Of a DNA stretch of 64,000 nt, positions 38,006 to 49,690 are shown one piece after another (position 1 is the stretch's first letter; each line of letters opens with the position of its first letter). Origin of the DNA: Candidatus Zhuqueibacterota bacterium (GTDB lineage Bacteria > Zhuqueibacterota > Zhuqueibacteria > Thermofontimicrobiales > Thermofontimicrobiaceae); contig JBMOPW010000016.1 in NCBI GenBank assembly GCA_049322915.1, positions 135,971-199,970 on the forward strand. Reading direction: 5' to 3'. A model generated the notes under the pieces. That model was not told the DNA's origin. It saw nothing but the letters and a program-made list of their open reading frames with translations, and searched no databases. A program made the translations under genes and the position numbers.

Positions 38006-38270
38006 GAAACCAGACAGGATTGTTTTCGAAGTTTAACTGATTGAAAATCAGGAGTGTTAGTTGAAGGGGATCAATTTCGGTAACCGGCAACGCATGTACC
38101 TTTTCAGGCACTGACAAGTTGGAAAGCGTACTGATGGGTACAATCACTAACAGGGATTGAATGAAAAATTTCGGCAGGGGATTCGTCTTTCTCATCCGGC
38201 AAAGACGGAATTTTCATCAGGAATGGAAGGTGCTCCCGACTGACATTGGCTCAGCCGGGCTGCGAGAAAA

Positions 38271-39302
38271 TCAGTTGCCGGTCTTCCATGCCCCGTTCCC
38301 GGCCGGTTGGAGGAATCGCTTTTTCACATAGTCCATCACCATATCGTTCCACAGCGCGCCGAAAGATAATTCGGAATTGGCGCGCAGCGGCACATAGCAG
38401 GAGCCGCAGGTATTGTGTTTGGTGAATTTTTCAATGAGGTCGCTCTGGCTGGCAAAACTGATTTTATGCATGGCGCAGGGAACCAGCGACCCATCCGGAT
38501 TGACGACGAGGTGCCGGATCCCGGTTTTGCAGTTGGGAATATTCCCTGTTTCAAAAAATTGGATCATTCCTTTGAACACCGTCTCGGTGTTGTAAATGGG
38601 AGCGCCCTGGCGTCGCATCTCAATCAGTTTGTCTATCTGCTGGCGGAGAAGCTGCAACTCTTCCCTGGTTCGCAACGAATGCTCCTCACTGTGCGTCCGC
38701 AGCGCAGTGTAGGAACTGAAGATGATAGAGGCATTCCATTTGAAGGCAGTCCGGGCAATGTCAATTAAATAGGGTAGACTTTGTTTTCGAATCACGCAAA
38801 TCATGGTAATGTTGTGAAATCCGAGGGCGGTCATTTGGGGGACAATTGTGGACAGGTGTTTGAACAGGCCGGAAATCTGCCGGTTCTGATCATGGCGTTC
38901 GTCGGGCATATCGAGTGAAAAGGAGAACTGGTTGACGCCTGCCTCGGTCAATTCCTTGTATTTTTCAGGCGTCATCAGGGACGCATTCGAAACAAAACTG
39001 ATCATGGGCATGGTGCCATGACTGCGGAATAATTTCACAATGTCGAGATAGTCCTTGCGCAGAAGGGGTTCCCCGCCGGAAACCTGTGCAAACAGCGGAC
39101 GGAGTTGCAGATACAGCTCGTTAAATTTTTCCGGCGGCGCTAATTTTTCATTGGGAATAAATCCATCTTTGTCGCAATGAGAACAGTTAGCATTGCACGA
39201 ATGGGTGATTTCAAAGGAAATCGCCAGAGGCTTGCCAGCGAGTAAATTTTTAATTCCCGAGGATAACATATTCAAGGCAAGATTGGTTGATATATTTTTC
39301 AT
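38271..39302 (-). CDS. Radical SAM protein with C-terminal SPASM/twitch-like cysteines
   Basis: CNANCSHC, SGGEPLLR, CKTG...VNPDG...PC, CGSCYVP; probable start MKNIST at 39302. Confidence 0.85.
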   Translation of the reverse strand: MKNISTNLALNMLSSGIKNLLAGKPLAISFEITHSCNANCSHCDKDGFIPNEKLAPPEKFNELYLQLRPLFAQVSGGEPLLRKDYLDIVKLFRSHGTMPMISFVSNASLMTPEKYKELTEAGVNQFSFSLDMPDERHDQNRQISGLFKHLSTIVPQMTALGFHNITMICVIRKQSLPYLIDIARTAFKWNASIIFSSYTALRTHSEEHSLRTREELQLLRQQIDKLIEMRRQGAPIYNTETVFKGMIQFFETGNIPNCKTGIRHLVVNPDGSLVPCAMHKISFASQSDLIEKFTKHNTCGSCYVPLRANSELSFGALWNDMVMDYVKKRFLQPAGNGAWKTGN

Positions 39303-39489
39303 AGCCCACTCTCTTCGAACTAACTTAAAGGCACATCCCGCCGAAATCTGATAGCGGGATGCATTGTTTTTGATTTCATCTTGATCAAAGAACGAGACCG
39401 GGTAACAAAATTCCAGGGAGACACGCGACAGAGCCGTATTCAGGGTGAATTCCGTCTCTCGAAAAATGCACAATCTCGGCTCGGCCCGG

Positions 39490-41286
39490 TTACTCGGCGT
39501 ACATGCTTTCGATCATATCTGAATATTTCTTTTCAACGGCATTGCGCTTGATTTTCAGCGTTGGAGTCAGCTCGCCTTTTTCAATGGTCAGGGCCTCGGG
39601 CAGCAGCCGAAATTTTTTAATCTGTTCAAATCGGGCCATATCGGTGGACAAACGCGTCACTTCGGAACTGATGGCCTGATAAATTTTGGGATGATTGACA
39701 AGCTCCTCTATGGAGGTGTAGTCGATGTTGTTTTCCTGACTCATGGTTTTGAGTATTTCGAAGTTTGGGATGATGAGCGCGGACAGGAACTTTCGGCCAT
39801 TTCCGATGACGAGAATCTGGTCGATGAGCGGGCTTGTCAGCAGTTTATTTTCGATGGGCGCCGGCGCGATATTTTTACCCCCGGATGTGATGATGATATT
39901 TTTCTTGCGGTCGGTGATGATCAGATAGCCGTCTTCGTCCAGCAAGCCGATATCCCCTGTGTGCAGCCAGCCCTCATCGTCAATGACCTCTTTGGTCTCA
40001 GCCGGTTTTTTGTAATAGCCTTTCATGATGTGCGGCCCGCGCGTGAGAATTTCGCCGTCACTGGCAATTTTCAATTCAACCCCGCCTTTGGAGAGGACCG
40101 GCCCGACAGTGCCAAATTTGAATTTTGCCTCGATATTCGCTGCAATGACCGGAGAGCTTTCGGTCAGGCCATAACCCTCGAGGATTGTAATCCCGGTAAA
40201 ATGAAAAAACTCGCCGATATGTTTGGGCAAAGGCGCGCCGCCGGAAATGAAAAATCTCAGCCGGCCTCCCACTCGCGCGTGAATTTTGCTGAACACCAGT
40301 TTGTGCGCGATATGATGTTTGCGCAGCAATAACGGGCCGACTTTTCCTGCTTCTTTGGCCTTCGCATATTTTTCACCTGTTCTGATTGCCCAATAGAAAA
40401 TTTTCTTTTTAATAGGCGAGCCAGCTTCTGCATTTTCGATGATGCGGGAATACATTTTCTCGAATAATCGTGGGACGCTCGTCATGATCGTCGGTTTCAC
40501 TTCGCCCAAATTTTGAGCGACGGTATCGATGCTCTCGGCATAGGCAATGGTCGCACCCTGGGACAGGGCGCAAAAATGGCCGGCCATCCGCTCGAAAACG
40601 TGGCACAACGGCAGGAAGGAGAGAAATGTATCATCGGAGTTAATGCCCAACGTGACTGTGCCGCCTTTGACATTGGATAAAATATTTTGATGACTCAGCA
40701 CTGCACCCTTGGGATTGCCGGTCGTTCCGGACGTGTAGATAATGCCGCAGGCGTCATCAGGCAGCACGTTGCTGGTCGCTTCGGAATAATAATTAGGCTT
40801 TTCCTGATTGAACAATTTGCCTTTCTCCATCGCCTCGTTGAAGGAGAGCATATTTTCCTTTGGCGAGGACAAGTCATCCATGAAAATTATCTTTTTCAGT
40901 ACGGGCAGATCCGCCAGGACTTCGACAATTTTACGCGTCTGATGCGGCGTGGAAGTGATGATGATTTTCGCCTCGGAGTCATTGAGAATATATTCGATTT
41001 GTCGCGGAATGAGTGATGGATAAACAGGGACGTTGATGGCGCCCAGAGAGAGTATGGCCAGATCCGATATGGCCCATTCCGGCCGATTTTCTGATAGTAT
41101 GGAAATGCGGTCGCCTTTTTTCACTCCCAGGGATGCTAATCCCAGAGCAAAATTTTTGACTCGTTCACCCAGCTCCTGGTATGAAAAGCCCTGATATTGG
41201 CCATCCACTTTGTGCATGATAGCAGTCTTTGAGCCATGGTTTTGGACGGTGTTTAAGAACATCTCAGTCAAAGTTGAAGCAGCCAT
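39490..41286 (-). CDS. Long-chain-fatty-acid--CoA ligase
   Basis: IIYTSGTTGNPKG, FLPLCHVFER, EGYGLTESSP, GWLHTGDIG, DRKK, ELTPTLKIKR. Confidence 0.92.
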   Translation of the reverse strand: MAASTLTEMFLNTVQNHGSKTAIMHKVDGQYQGFSYQELGERVKNFALGLASLGVKKGDRISILSENRPEWAISDLAILSLGAINVPVYPSLIPRQIEYILNDSEAKIIITSTPHQTRKIVEVLADLPVLKKIIFMDDLSSPKENMLSFNEAMEKGKLFNQEKPNYYSEATSNVLPDDACGIIYTSGTTGNPKGAVLSHQNILSNVKGGTVTLGINSDDTFLSFLPLCHVFERMAGHFCALSQGATIAYAESIDTVAQNLGEVKPTIMTSVPRLFEKMYSRIIENAEAGSPIKKKIFYWAIRTGEKYAKAKEAGKVGPLLLRKHHIAHKLVFSKIHARVGGRLRFFISGGAPLPKHIGEFFHFTGITILEGYGLTESSPVIAANIEAKFKFGTVGPVLSKGGVELKIASDGEILTRGPHIMKGYYKKPAETKEVIDDEGWLHTGDIGLLDEDGYLIITDRKKNIIITSGGKNIAPAPIENKLLTSPLIDQILVIGNGRKFLSALIIPNFEILKTMSQENNIDYTSIEELVNHPKIYQAISSEVTRLSTDMARFEQIKKFRLLPEALTIEKGELTPTLKIKRNAVEKKYSDMIESMYAE

Positions 41287-41900
41287 GCGTTAATCCTCCT
41301 GATTGATGAAGTCGAATCCCGGACGCAGCAGCGGTCGCTGGAATCGTGCCGAGAGTTAACGGGATCCCTCGTGTCAGTGAACTGGCCCATTTGGCAGCGA
41401 TGTGTACTGCCAGCATGGATTCGGAGAAATGCTCTGGCGCAATCGACTGGTCATGGTGCGCATCCGGGTGAACTTTTGCGCCCCGGACGAAGCCATCCAA
41501 AAGGCCCTGAGTTCAGAAGAAGCTAGTTCTCACACGGCTGAAAAGACGCTGCCGGCCCGTCGTAAAATGAATGAATGCCCGCTCATGACAGGGGATTCTG
41601 AAATTGTTAAAATTAAAAAATATTTACTCCAGATTATAATAATAAACACTCAAATAATCAAGTAAAAATATTCAGTAGAAATAATTGCTTAAAATGGCTG
41701 AAAGGATGTCGCCGGGCAGATCAGAATTTCAATTCACAGAGGGGATGAAAGCGGGTACGTCAAAAAACATCATCACGCTATGGTAGCGATAATCAAATGG
41801 ACGAAGGTTGGCCGGGGGCGGAGCGAAATGCGCAGCGGCTTCGTTGCTGACATGTGGGAGACTGCCCATTCCGAATCATCCGGCAGATGAACGATGTGGG

Positions 41901-42248
41901 TCAACCCTTTTTGAATCCAAGGAAGAGGCCGGCCAGGAATCCGCCGCCGGTGGGCAGGTTGGCCACTAAAATCGATTTGAACGAGTTCATCCGGGCCTGG
42001 TCATTTATCATAGCCTGAAAATAGAATTGAATTTTGGTCCAGTTAATCACGATGAAATCATAATGGCTTAACACCTGGAAAAGCACAAAGAGCAAGCCGG
42101 CGACAATGAGGATAATTTTGAAAACTTTCTTCAAAGCATATCCGGCGCTGTACCCGGCAATGCCGCCGAATGTGACGGATCCCAGTTCTCCTAATAGCGG
42201 CAGAGAGGTCGTGAGCAGCACGACCAAAATGTTCTGAACAGGTAACAT
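41901..42248 (-). CDS. FUN14-family membrane protein
   Basis: FGGIAGYSAGYALKKVFK...INW...GGGFLAGLFLGFKKG. Confidence 0.8.
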   Translation of the reverse strand: MLPVQNILVVLLTTSLPLLGELGSVTFGGIAGYSAGYALKKVFKIILIVAGLLFVLFQVLSHYDFIVINWTKIQFYFQAMINDQARMNSFKSILVANLPTGGGFLAGLFLGFKKG

Positions 42249-42412
42249 TTGACCACCGAAATATTTTAATGTAATATAAATGACTCATTATTCATATCGG
42301 CAGTCTGATTTAAAAAATTTAACAGAAATAGAAATAATTGTCATTTCTGTGACATGAGTGAAATATTCACAGCGGCATTCGAAAGGGGAATAACGGAGGT
42401 TACCGGAGAACG

Positions 42413-42595
42413 TTATTTCTCGGAGATGGCTTTGGGTTTCATCTCACCCGGGAGCCGGGCATCATCCTGAATTGATGTGCGTGCCAGGGCGTTTTTGGGA
42501 TGTTCCAGTATTCTCGTCTCAAAAATCTCGTGGGTGATGAACCGGTTTAAGGCGATGTTCAGGCTATTCCCTCGGGTGATGTGCTTCTTTTTCAT
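42413..42595 (-). CDS. Small hypothetical protein (60 aa) downstream of a sigma54 promoter
   Basis: ORF 53 nt after the -24/-12 motif; weak RBS (GGA). Confidence 0.45.
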   Translation of the reverse strand: MKKKHITRGNSLNIALNRFITHEIFETRILEHPKNALARTSIQDDARLPGEMKPKAISEK

Positions 42596-42648
42596 TGTGT
42601 TTTATCCACTATTCATTCGGAGTTGCAAATTTGTGAACACGCCTCCAT

Positions 42649-42664
42649 TGCAACATGCATGCCA
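42649..42664 (-). promoter_or_regulatory. sigma54 (-24/-12) promoter
   Basis: Minus strand TGGCAT-GCATG-TTGCA. Confidence 0.7.
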
Positions 42665-42962
42665 CGCGACGATGGAATCTTTAATTAAAATAAAAACAAA
42701 AGGTGAGAAATGGGGGGATGAATGCAGCAGCGCCGTGAGAGTGAATCATACTCAACCAGGGATGTCTCAATATCTACCAGTTCGGTGCTTTGGAAATTCA
42801 TCGCCCGGCAGGTGCACTCGCTGCGTGCATAGAGAGTTTTTCACAGGATTCCACTCCAACGCTGGTCCATGGCGCATTCACATTTTTGTCATTCATCTTG
42901 TAACCTGAAAGTTCTTTTTAAGTTAAATTAAAATTTGTTACCCATCTTTTACAAATTTATGC

Positions 42963-42991
42963 TTGACATTTTGTCATCGCAATGCTATATT
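42963..42991 (+). promoter_or_regulatory. sigma70 promoter of uvrB with an operator-like palindrome
   Basis: TTGACA-N17-TATATT with extended -10 TG; TGACA-TTT-TGTCA at 42964-42976. Confidence 0.7.
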
Positions 42992-43025
42992 TACACGGCA
43001 TATTTTTTTGAAATTAAGGAAATCA

Positions 43026-45023
43026 ATGGCAGCGTTTCAACTCACTTCAGATTATTCTCCCACAGGCGATCAGCCCAGGGCAATTCAGGAACTGACAGAA
43101 GGTCTCCTGCGGGGAGACAGGTTTCAGACGTTACTGGGGGTGACCGGCAGCGGGAAAACCTATACGATGGCTAATGTCATCGCCCAACTGGGAAAACCGA
43201 CCCTGGTTCTTTCCCACAACAAGACATTGGCGGCGCAATTGTACGGGGAGTTCAAAGGCTTTTTTCCCAATAATGCGGTTGAGTATTTTATCAGCTATTA
43301 CGATTATTACCAACCGGAGGCGTACGTTCCATCGACCGATACGTATATTGCCAAAGACACGTCAGTGAACGATGAGATCGACCGGCTGCGGTTGAAAGCC
43401 ACTAGTTCACTGTTAGAGCGCAATGATGTGGTGATTGTCGCTTCGGTTTCGTGCATTTATGGATTGGGTTCGCCGGAAGATTATAAGCAATTGCTGCTGA
43501 TCCTGAAGAAAGGCGAACGCATCGAGCGCTACCAGATTTTGGAGAAGCTGGTCGACATCCATTACAATCGAAATGATTTTGAATTTGCCCGCGGCACATT
43601 CCGCGTCCGTGGCGACGTGATCGAAGTTATTCCCGCGTACGAAGAAGAGGGGGTGCGGATCGAATTGTTCGGCAATCTCATCGAGAATATTTCCATCATC
43701 GATACATTGACCGGCAAGGTGCTCCAATCGCGGGATTCCATTGCCATTTATCCTGCCAAACATTACGTGACCACCCGACCGAAAATGGACCAGGCAATTC
43801 GCACCATTCGGCAGGAGTTGGAAGAGCGGTTGAAACTGCTGCGCGGCCAGAACAGACTGCTTGAAGCCCAGCGGCTTGAGATGCGCACGAATTATGATCT
43901 GGAAATGATGGAAGAAATCGGATTTTGCTCCGGTATTGAAAATTATTCGCGGCATATCACCGGCAAAAAGCAGGGCGAACCGCCATTCACCCTGCTCGAC
44001 TTTTTTCCCAAAGACTTTTTGATGATCATTGATGAGTCGCATGTCACCGTGTCCCAGGTTCGGGCGATGTATCACGGTGATCGCTCCCGGAAAGAGACGC
44101 TGGTGGAGCATGGTTTCCGGCTGCCCTCTGCGCTGGATAACCGGCCGTTGAACTTCGAAGAATTTGAGTCCAAGCTGCGCCAGGCTGTCTTTGTTTCGGC
44201 GACTCCGGCTGAGTACGAACTCGAAAAAAGCGAGGGGGTCGTTGTCGAACAGATCATTCGTCCCACCGGATTGATTGATCCTGAGATTGAAGTGCGGCCG
44301 ATAAAAGGCCAGATCGATGATCTCATCGGCGAGATCAATCTGCGGGCGGCGCGCGGCGAGCGTGTGCTCGTGACGACGCTGACCAAGCGCATGGCCGAGG
44401 ATCTGACCGATTATCTGGCGGAGATGAATATCAAGGTGCGGTATTTGCACTCGGAAATTGACGCCCTGGATCGCGTAGAAATTCTCCGCGATTTGCGACT
44501 GGCCGAATTCGATGCGCTGGTGGGCATCAACCTGCTTCGGGAGGGATTGGATCTGCCCGAGGTGTCGTTGGTGGCCGTGCTGGATGCGGACAAGGAGGGA
44601 TTCCTTCGCTCGGAAACTTCACTCATGCAGGTCTCCGGTCGTGCGGCCCGGAATGTGGGCGGCAAAGTGATTTTTTACGCCGACAAAATCACGCAGTCCA
44701 TGCAAAAGACCATGGATGAAACAGATCGTCGCCGGCTCATTCAGCAGAAATACAACGAAGATCATGGCATTCAGCCGAAGACGATTTACAAATCAGTGGA
44801 AGATGTGCTGCGATCCACCCGGGTCGCTGATGAAAAAGCGGATAAGTGGGGGGGCAAACGGAAAAAACAGCGCGAGCGGATTGAATCGAAATTATCGCAG
44901 TTGGAGCGATTTGAATTGATTGAGAAGTTGAGCAGCGAAATGTTGGAAGCATCAAAGCGGCTGGATTTTGAACGCGCCGCCGAGCTCCGCGATGAGATTG
45001 ATTGGCTGAAGGGCGAGCACTAA
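43026..45023 (+). CDS. uvrB: Excinuclease ABC subunit B
   Basis: [64 protein letters not shown]. Confidence 0.98.
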   Translation: MAAFQLTSDYSPTGDQPRAIQELTEGLLRGDRFQTLLGVTGSGKTYTMANVIAQLGKPTLVLSHNKTLAAQLYGEFKGFFPNNAVEYFISYYDYYQPEAYVPSTDTYIAKDTSVNDEIDRLRLKATSSLLERNDVVIVASVSCIYGLGSPEDYKQLLLILKKGERIERYQILEKLVDIHYNRNDFEFARGTFRVRGDVIEVIPAYEEEGVRIELFGNLIENISIIDTLTGKVLQSRDSIAIYPAKHYVTTRPKMDQAIRTIRQELEERLKLLRGQNRLLEAQRLEMRTNYDLEMMEEIGFCSGIENYSRHITGKKQGEPPFTLLDFFPKDFLMIIDESHVTVSQVRAMYHGDRSRKETLVEHGFRLPSALDNRPLNFEEFESKLRQAVFVSATPAEYELEKSEGVVVEQIIRPTGLIDPEIEVRPIKGQIDDLIGEINLRAARGERVLVTTLTKRMAEDLTDYLAEMNIKVRYLHSEIDALDRVEILRDLRLAEFDALVGINLLREGLDLPEVSLVAVLDADKEGFLRSETSLMQVSGRAARNVGGKVIFYADKITQSMQKTMDETDRRRLIQQKYNEDHGIQPKTIYKSVEDVLRSTRVADEKADKWGGKRKKQRERIESKLSQLERFELIEKLSSEMLEASKRLDFERAAELRDEIDWLKGEH

Positions 45024-45196
45024 TCCACCTTGGGGACTGCGGCACATGAATTGCCCTCCGAAATCGTGACATGCCGCAAGGCATGAACATGTGTGGATGA
45101 CCAAAATGATGACTTATAATAAGTAGCGACGGGAATTATAACAGGCGACATGCGCCATAAGAGATGTATCACGAATGGATAGACAGGAACGTAGCG

Positions 45197-46459
45197 ATGA
45201 AAGTACTTGTAGTCGGTGGCGGAGGGCGAGAGCATGCGCTCGTCTGGAAAATCGCCCAGAGTCCGGAAGTCGATAAAATTTACTGCGCGCCGGGCAATGG
45301 CGGTATCAGAGAATTGGCGGAGTGCGTCCCCATCTCCGATTCCGATATTGACGGGCTTTTGAAATTTGCCGATGAGAAACACATTGATCTGACAATCGTT
45401 GGCCCGGAAATTCCGCTGACATTGGGCATTGTCGATGTTTTTCAGACGCAGGGTCTCCGCATATTCGGCCCCAGCCAGAAAGCGGCCGAGCTTGAGGGAA
45501 GCAAGGTTTTCTCGAAATATGTGATGGAGAAATACCACATCCCGACGGCTGCGTACAGGACATTTGATAATTTCGAACTGGCGAAGCGATACGTGGAGAA
45601 CGGGCCAATCCCCATCGTGATAAAAGCCAGTGGTCTGGCTGCCGGCAAGGGTGCGTTAGTGTGTTTCACGCTGGAGGAAGCGCTGGATGGACTCAAAAAA
45701 ATAATGGTCAAAAAAGAGTTCGGCAGCGCCGGCGATAAAGTCGTCATCGAAGAATTTCTGCGGGGCGAAGAGGCGTCTATATTGGCGATCACCGATGGTG
45801 AAAAAATCCTTCCGCTCGTTCCGGCCCAGGATCATAAAGCCATTCTGGATGGCGATAAAGGCCCCAATACCGGAGGCATGGGCGCGTACGCCCCGGCGGT
45901 TCTGGTCGATGAAGAAATGTTGCAGACGATACAGAAACAAATTTTGGAGCCGGTGATTCAGGGAATGGCGCTGGAGGGTCGGCCTTACAAAGGCGTCATC
46001 TACGCCGGCCTGATGATTACGGCCAGAGGCCCCAAAGTGATTGAGTTCAATTGTCGCTTCGGCGATCCGGAGACACAGGTCATTTTGCCCCTGCTCAAAA
46101 ACGACCTCATTGAAATTATCTCGGCGAGCATTGATGGCCGATTGGGACAGATCAAAATTCGCCAGCACAACAAAGTCGCCGTGTGCGTGGTCATGGCTTC
46201 AGGCGGCTATCCGGGGCATTACGAAAAAGGAAAAAATATCCTGGGCCTGAATCGACCCTGGGACGACGGCCTGTTCATTTTTCATGCAGGAACAAAATTA
46301 GTTGAAGATAAGTATTTGACCCACGGCGGACGTGTGTTGGGAATAACGGCTGTTGGCAGCGACATTCACGAGGCCATTAAAAAAGCGTATGCAGCCGTAG
46401 GGAAAATAACGTTCGATGGCGCGTATTACAGACGCGATATTGGATACAAAGCACTATAA
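45197..46459 (+). CDS. purD: Phosphoribosylamine--glycine ligase
   Basis: MKVLVVGGGGREHAL, APGNGG, LEGSK, GLAAGKG, QDHK, GPNTGGMGAY, EFNCRFGDPE. Confidence 0.98.
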   Translation: MKVLVVGGGGREHALVWKIAQSPEVDKIYCAPGNGGIRELAECVPISDSDIDGLLKFADEKHIDLTIVGPEIPLTLGIVDVFQTQGLRIFGPSQKAAELEGSKVFSKYVMEKYHIPTAAYRTFDNFELAKRYVENGPIPIVIKASGLAAGKGALVCFTLEEALDGLKKIMVKKEFGSAGDKVVIEEFLRGEEASILAITDGEKILPLVPAQDHKAILDGDKGPNTGGMGAYAPAVLVDEEMLQTIQKQILEPVIQGMALEGRPYKGVIYAGLMITARGPKVIEFNCRFGDPETQVILPLLKNDLIEIISASIDGRLGQIKIRQHNKVAVCVVMASGGYPGHYEKGKNILGLNRPWDDGLFIFHAGTKLVEDKYLTHGGRVLGITAVGSDIHEAIKKAYAAVGKITFDGAYYRRDIGYKAL

Positions 46460-46495
46460 TTCATTTATAAATTGACAACATAGGGAGACAGTAAA

Positions 46496-47422
46496 ATGAA
46501 AATTCTGGTGACTGGTGGCGCCGGTTTTATCGGCTCACATGTGGTGGATGCGTTCATTAAACAGGGTCATGAAGTCGTTGTTATCGACAATCTTTCGACC
46601 GGGCGCAAAGATAATATCAATCCCCGGGCAAAATTCATAAAAATGAATATTGAAGATCCGAAAGTATTGCAGGTATTCGAAGACGAGAAATTTGATGTGG
46701 TGGATCATCACGCAGCGCAGATGGATATCCGATTATCCGTGGCAGATCCTATTTTTGATGCGACCAATAACATCCTCGGCACGATCAATCTGCTGCAGGC
46801 GTCGGTGAAAACTCATGTGAAAAAATTCATCTTCATTTCCAGCGGCGGCGCAATTTACGGAGAACAGGACTATTTTCCGGCCGATGAGAAACACCCGACG
46901 CGTCCGCTATCGCCCTACGGAATCACCAAATTGACAGGGGAGAAGTATCTCTATTTTTATTCCAACACTTATGACCTGAAATTCATCAGCCTGCGCTACG
47001 CCAATATTTATGGGCCGCGGCAAAATCCAAAGGGCGAAGCCGGCGTTGTGGCGATTTTCTCAAGCAAATTATTGGCCGGAGAAGAGCCAGTGATCAATGG
47101 CGATGGAAAGCAGACGCGGGACTATGTGTTCGTGGCCGACGTTGTGAATGCAAACGTAAAAGCGCTCAATCATCATCATAATGACTACATCAACATCGGC
47201 ACCGGGACAGAGACGGATGTCAATGCGCTCTTCCATAAAATAAATGCATTGTGCGGAGGCGCTGGGAAGGAAGTCCACGGTCCTGCAAAACCCGGTGAAC
47301 AGTTGCGCAGCGTCCTGAACAATAATAAAGCCAAAGAGCTGTTCGATTGGAAACCGCAGGTTTCCATTGACCAGGGATTGGCCGAGACAGTCGAATTTTT
47401 TAAACAACACTATCACAAATGA
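46496..47422 (+). CDS. NAD-dependent epimerase (UDP-glucose 4-epimerase-like)
   Basis: [40 protein letters not shown]. Confidence 0.9.
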   Translation: MKILVTGGAGFIGSHVVDAFIKQGHEVVVIDNLSTGRKDNINPRAKFIKMNIEDPKVLQVFEDEKFDVVDHHAAQMDIRLSVADPIFDATNNILGTINLLQASVKTHVKKFIFISSGGAIYGEQDYFPADEKHPTRPLSPYGITKLTGEKYLYFYSNTYDLKFISLRYANIYGPRQNPKGEAGVVAIFSSKLLAGEEPVINGDGKQTRDYVFVADVVNANVKALNHHHNDYINIGTGTETDVNALFHKINALCGGAGKEVHGPAKPGEQLRSVLNNNKAKELFDWKPQVSIDQGLAETVEFFKQHYHK

Positions 47423-48621
47423 ACTATCAGGTGAATGATATTCAGAGAGACTCGGACGAGCGATTCGAGTTGTTTCAGAAGGAGTCCGGCCTGTTGGGGA
47501 ATTCAATTCCCATGCGTCAGATTTATGAAACGATTGAGCAGGTTGCTCCGAGCGATATCTCTGTGCTGGTAATTGGCGAGAGTGGCACCGGCAAGGAATT
47601 GGTTGCGCGGGCCATTCACCAGCGGAGCGATCGGGCCGCGAAGCCATTGATCATTGTCAATTGCGGCGCGATTCCTGAAGGCATCATAGAATCGGAATTG
47701 TTCGGTCACGAGAAAGGCGCTTTCACCGGCGCGGTGGGTGTGCGCAAAGGCTTTTTCGAAATGGCCGACGGCGGCACCATGTTTCTGGACGAGATCGGCG
47801 AGATGCCGCTGAATGCTCAGGTCAAAATTTTGCGCGTGCTGGAAGGAAATGAGTTCACCCGGGTGGGCAGCGCCGAACCCAAACGGGTGGATGTGCGAAT
47901 TTTGGCAGCTACCAATCGGGAGTTGGATCGCGAAGTGCAAAATGGCGCCTTCCGGCAGGATCTGTATTTCCGGCTGCATTCGGTGACCATTCATATTCCG
48001 CCGTTGCGCCGTCGCAAAGACGATATCCCGGTGTTGGCCGGGAAATTTGCCAGCGATTTTTGCATCCAGAATCAAATCAAATTTCAGGGATTTGATGAAT
48101 CCGCCCTGGACGTGATGAAAGAATATCACTGGCCGGGCAATGTCAGGGAACTCAAAAATCTCGTGGAAAGTATGATTATCCTCGAAAAAGGTATGAGGAT
48201 CGATCAGCAGGTGCTGCTGCGTCATCTCGATACGAGAATGGCATCATCGCCGAATTTGCCCATCCCGGTCAATCGGCCGCCGGAACAGGTGGAGCGGGAA
48301 TTCATTTATCGCGCGCTGCTGGATATGAAGACTGAAATCTCGCAACTGAGAGAGCTCATTCTCACCCGCATGTTCCCGCCCCGTCGCTTGAAAAGTTGGG
48401 AAGAGGAAGCCATAATCATTCCTCACGAAAATGGCGAAATCGTCTACGACGAACCGATCGCCGAGTCCCGGTCTCTTTCGACGATGGAAGAAATGGAGCG
48501 CCGGTTAATTGAAGATACGTTGCGCCGCTATCATGGCAATAAACGCAAAGCCGCTAAAAGTTTGAAGATCAGCGAGCGCACCCTGTATAGAAAAATTAAA
48601 GAATACAATTTAAAATTTTAG
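47419..48621 (+). CDS. sigma54-interacting AAA+ activator with Fis HTH and no receiver domain
   Basis: [56 protein letters not shown]. Confidence 0.93.
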   Translation: MNYQVNDIQRDSDERFELFQKESGLLGNSIPMRQIYETIEQVAPSDISVLVIGESGTGKELVARAIHQRSDRAAKPLIIVNCGAIPEGIIESELFGHEKGAFTGAVGVRKGFFEMADGGTMFLDEIGEMPLNAQVKILRVLEGNEFTRVGSAEPKRVDVRILAATNRELDREVQNGAFRQDLYFRLHSVTIHIPPLRRRKDDIPVLAGKFASDFCIQNQIKFQGFDESALDVMKEYHWPGNVRELKNLVESMIILEKGMRIDQQVLLRHLDTRMASSPNLPIPVNRPPEQVEREFIYRALLDMKTEISQLRELILTRMFPPRRLKSWEEEAIIIPHENGEIVYDEPIAESRSLSTMEEMERRLIEDTLRRYHGNKRKAAKSLKISERTLYRKIKEYNLKF

Positions 48622-48622
48622 T

Positions 48623-49132
48623 ATGAAACGATTGAAGATAATTGTGCTTCTCTGGGCTGTGCCTCTTTTCCTGCAACATTGCGGATACTATTCGTTTTCC
48701 GGCTCGGCGATTCCTGCTCATCTCAAGACTATTGCCATTCCTATCATGGAAAATAAGACGGTGGAATTCGGCGTTCCGGAAGATCTGACGGATGGGCTCA
48801 TCGCCCAGTTCACGCAGGATAATTCCCTGAAAGTCGTCGACCGTCGCTCTGCTGATTCCATCATCGAAGGGACGATTGTCAATATTCGCGATCAGGCCGG
48901 CGCATACAATCAACAGGAGACGGTGAAGGAGATACGCGTCTACGTGGTTGTTCAGGCCAAATTTGAAGATTTGAAAAACAGCAAAGTGATCTGGGAAGAA
49001 CAGATAACGCAATGGGGCACCTACAATCCGGACGCCACCGGCGGGGAAGCATCCACGCGACAGGAAGCCATTGCCGAAGCGCTGGAAAAGATTGTGGATG
49101 ACATCTTTAATAAGACTGTCTCCGGTTGGTGA
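48623..49132 (+). CDS. lptE: LPS assembly lipoprotein LptE family
   Basis: C-GYYSFSG, LKTIAIP..EN, ADSIIEG; ends SGW; follows the sigma54 activator as in FCB genomes. Confidence 0.8.
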   Translation: MKRLKIIVLLWAVPLFLQHCGYYSFSGSAIPAHLKTIAIPIMENKTVEFGVPEDLTDGLIAQFTQDNSLKVVDRRSADSIIEGTIVNIRDQAGAYNQQETVKEIRVYVVVQAKFEDLKNSKVIWEEQITQWGTYNPDATGGEASTRQEAIAEALEKIVDDIFNKTVSGW

Positions 49133-49497
49133 GATGCCGATAACTTTTTTTCATTTTAGTAAATATTGGTTGATATGAATCGGAAATACTGTTATAATAT
49201 CGTATAGAATTTTGCTGTTCTAATAGCGAGAAATTTATTAATGATTTTTTTAGGAAAAGTGGATGTGGGGATTGGCGGGTGGAATATTATCATCGTCAAG
49301 TTACTTTTCAAAGCGGGTCTTTTTTTTAAATGATACTTTCTGTCTTTTGAAATCGAAAAAATTTCAAACTGTGCAGTTGCACCATGTGGCGAATTGCCGC
49401 TGACATGCGCCGTGAGGAAAGTCCGCATTCCATGATATGATTTAAAGTTTACTTCGATAGAATTTTCATAGAAGATTGAACGTGCGGAAACCATAAC

Positions 49498-49690
49498 GAT
49501 GGAATTTCTTTTTCATGAAGTTTTTTCCTGGTAATAAATTAAAAATTCATTCACGACCAGGAGGAGCAATGAGACGATTTAAATTCATCATTTTGCTGCT
49601 GGGATTATCTGTTCTATTTTTCTGTGAAAACAAAAATCCCACGCCGCCGCCTGAAAACAACAGCCATCCCCAGGTGGATATTCCCTGGCC
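49498..49690 (+). repeat. Leader/5' repeat, copy 1
   Basis: 38-bp identical block plus 120/122-nt identical coding start shared with 52106-52299. Confidence 0.9.

Noticed and set aside
43413..44450. 345-aa minus-strand ORF, and the many similar 60-280-aa overlapping ORFs
   Set aside because: Antisense or alternate-frame shadows of well-supported genes such as uvrB, aor, aspA and the TBDR.
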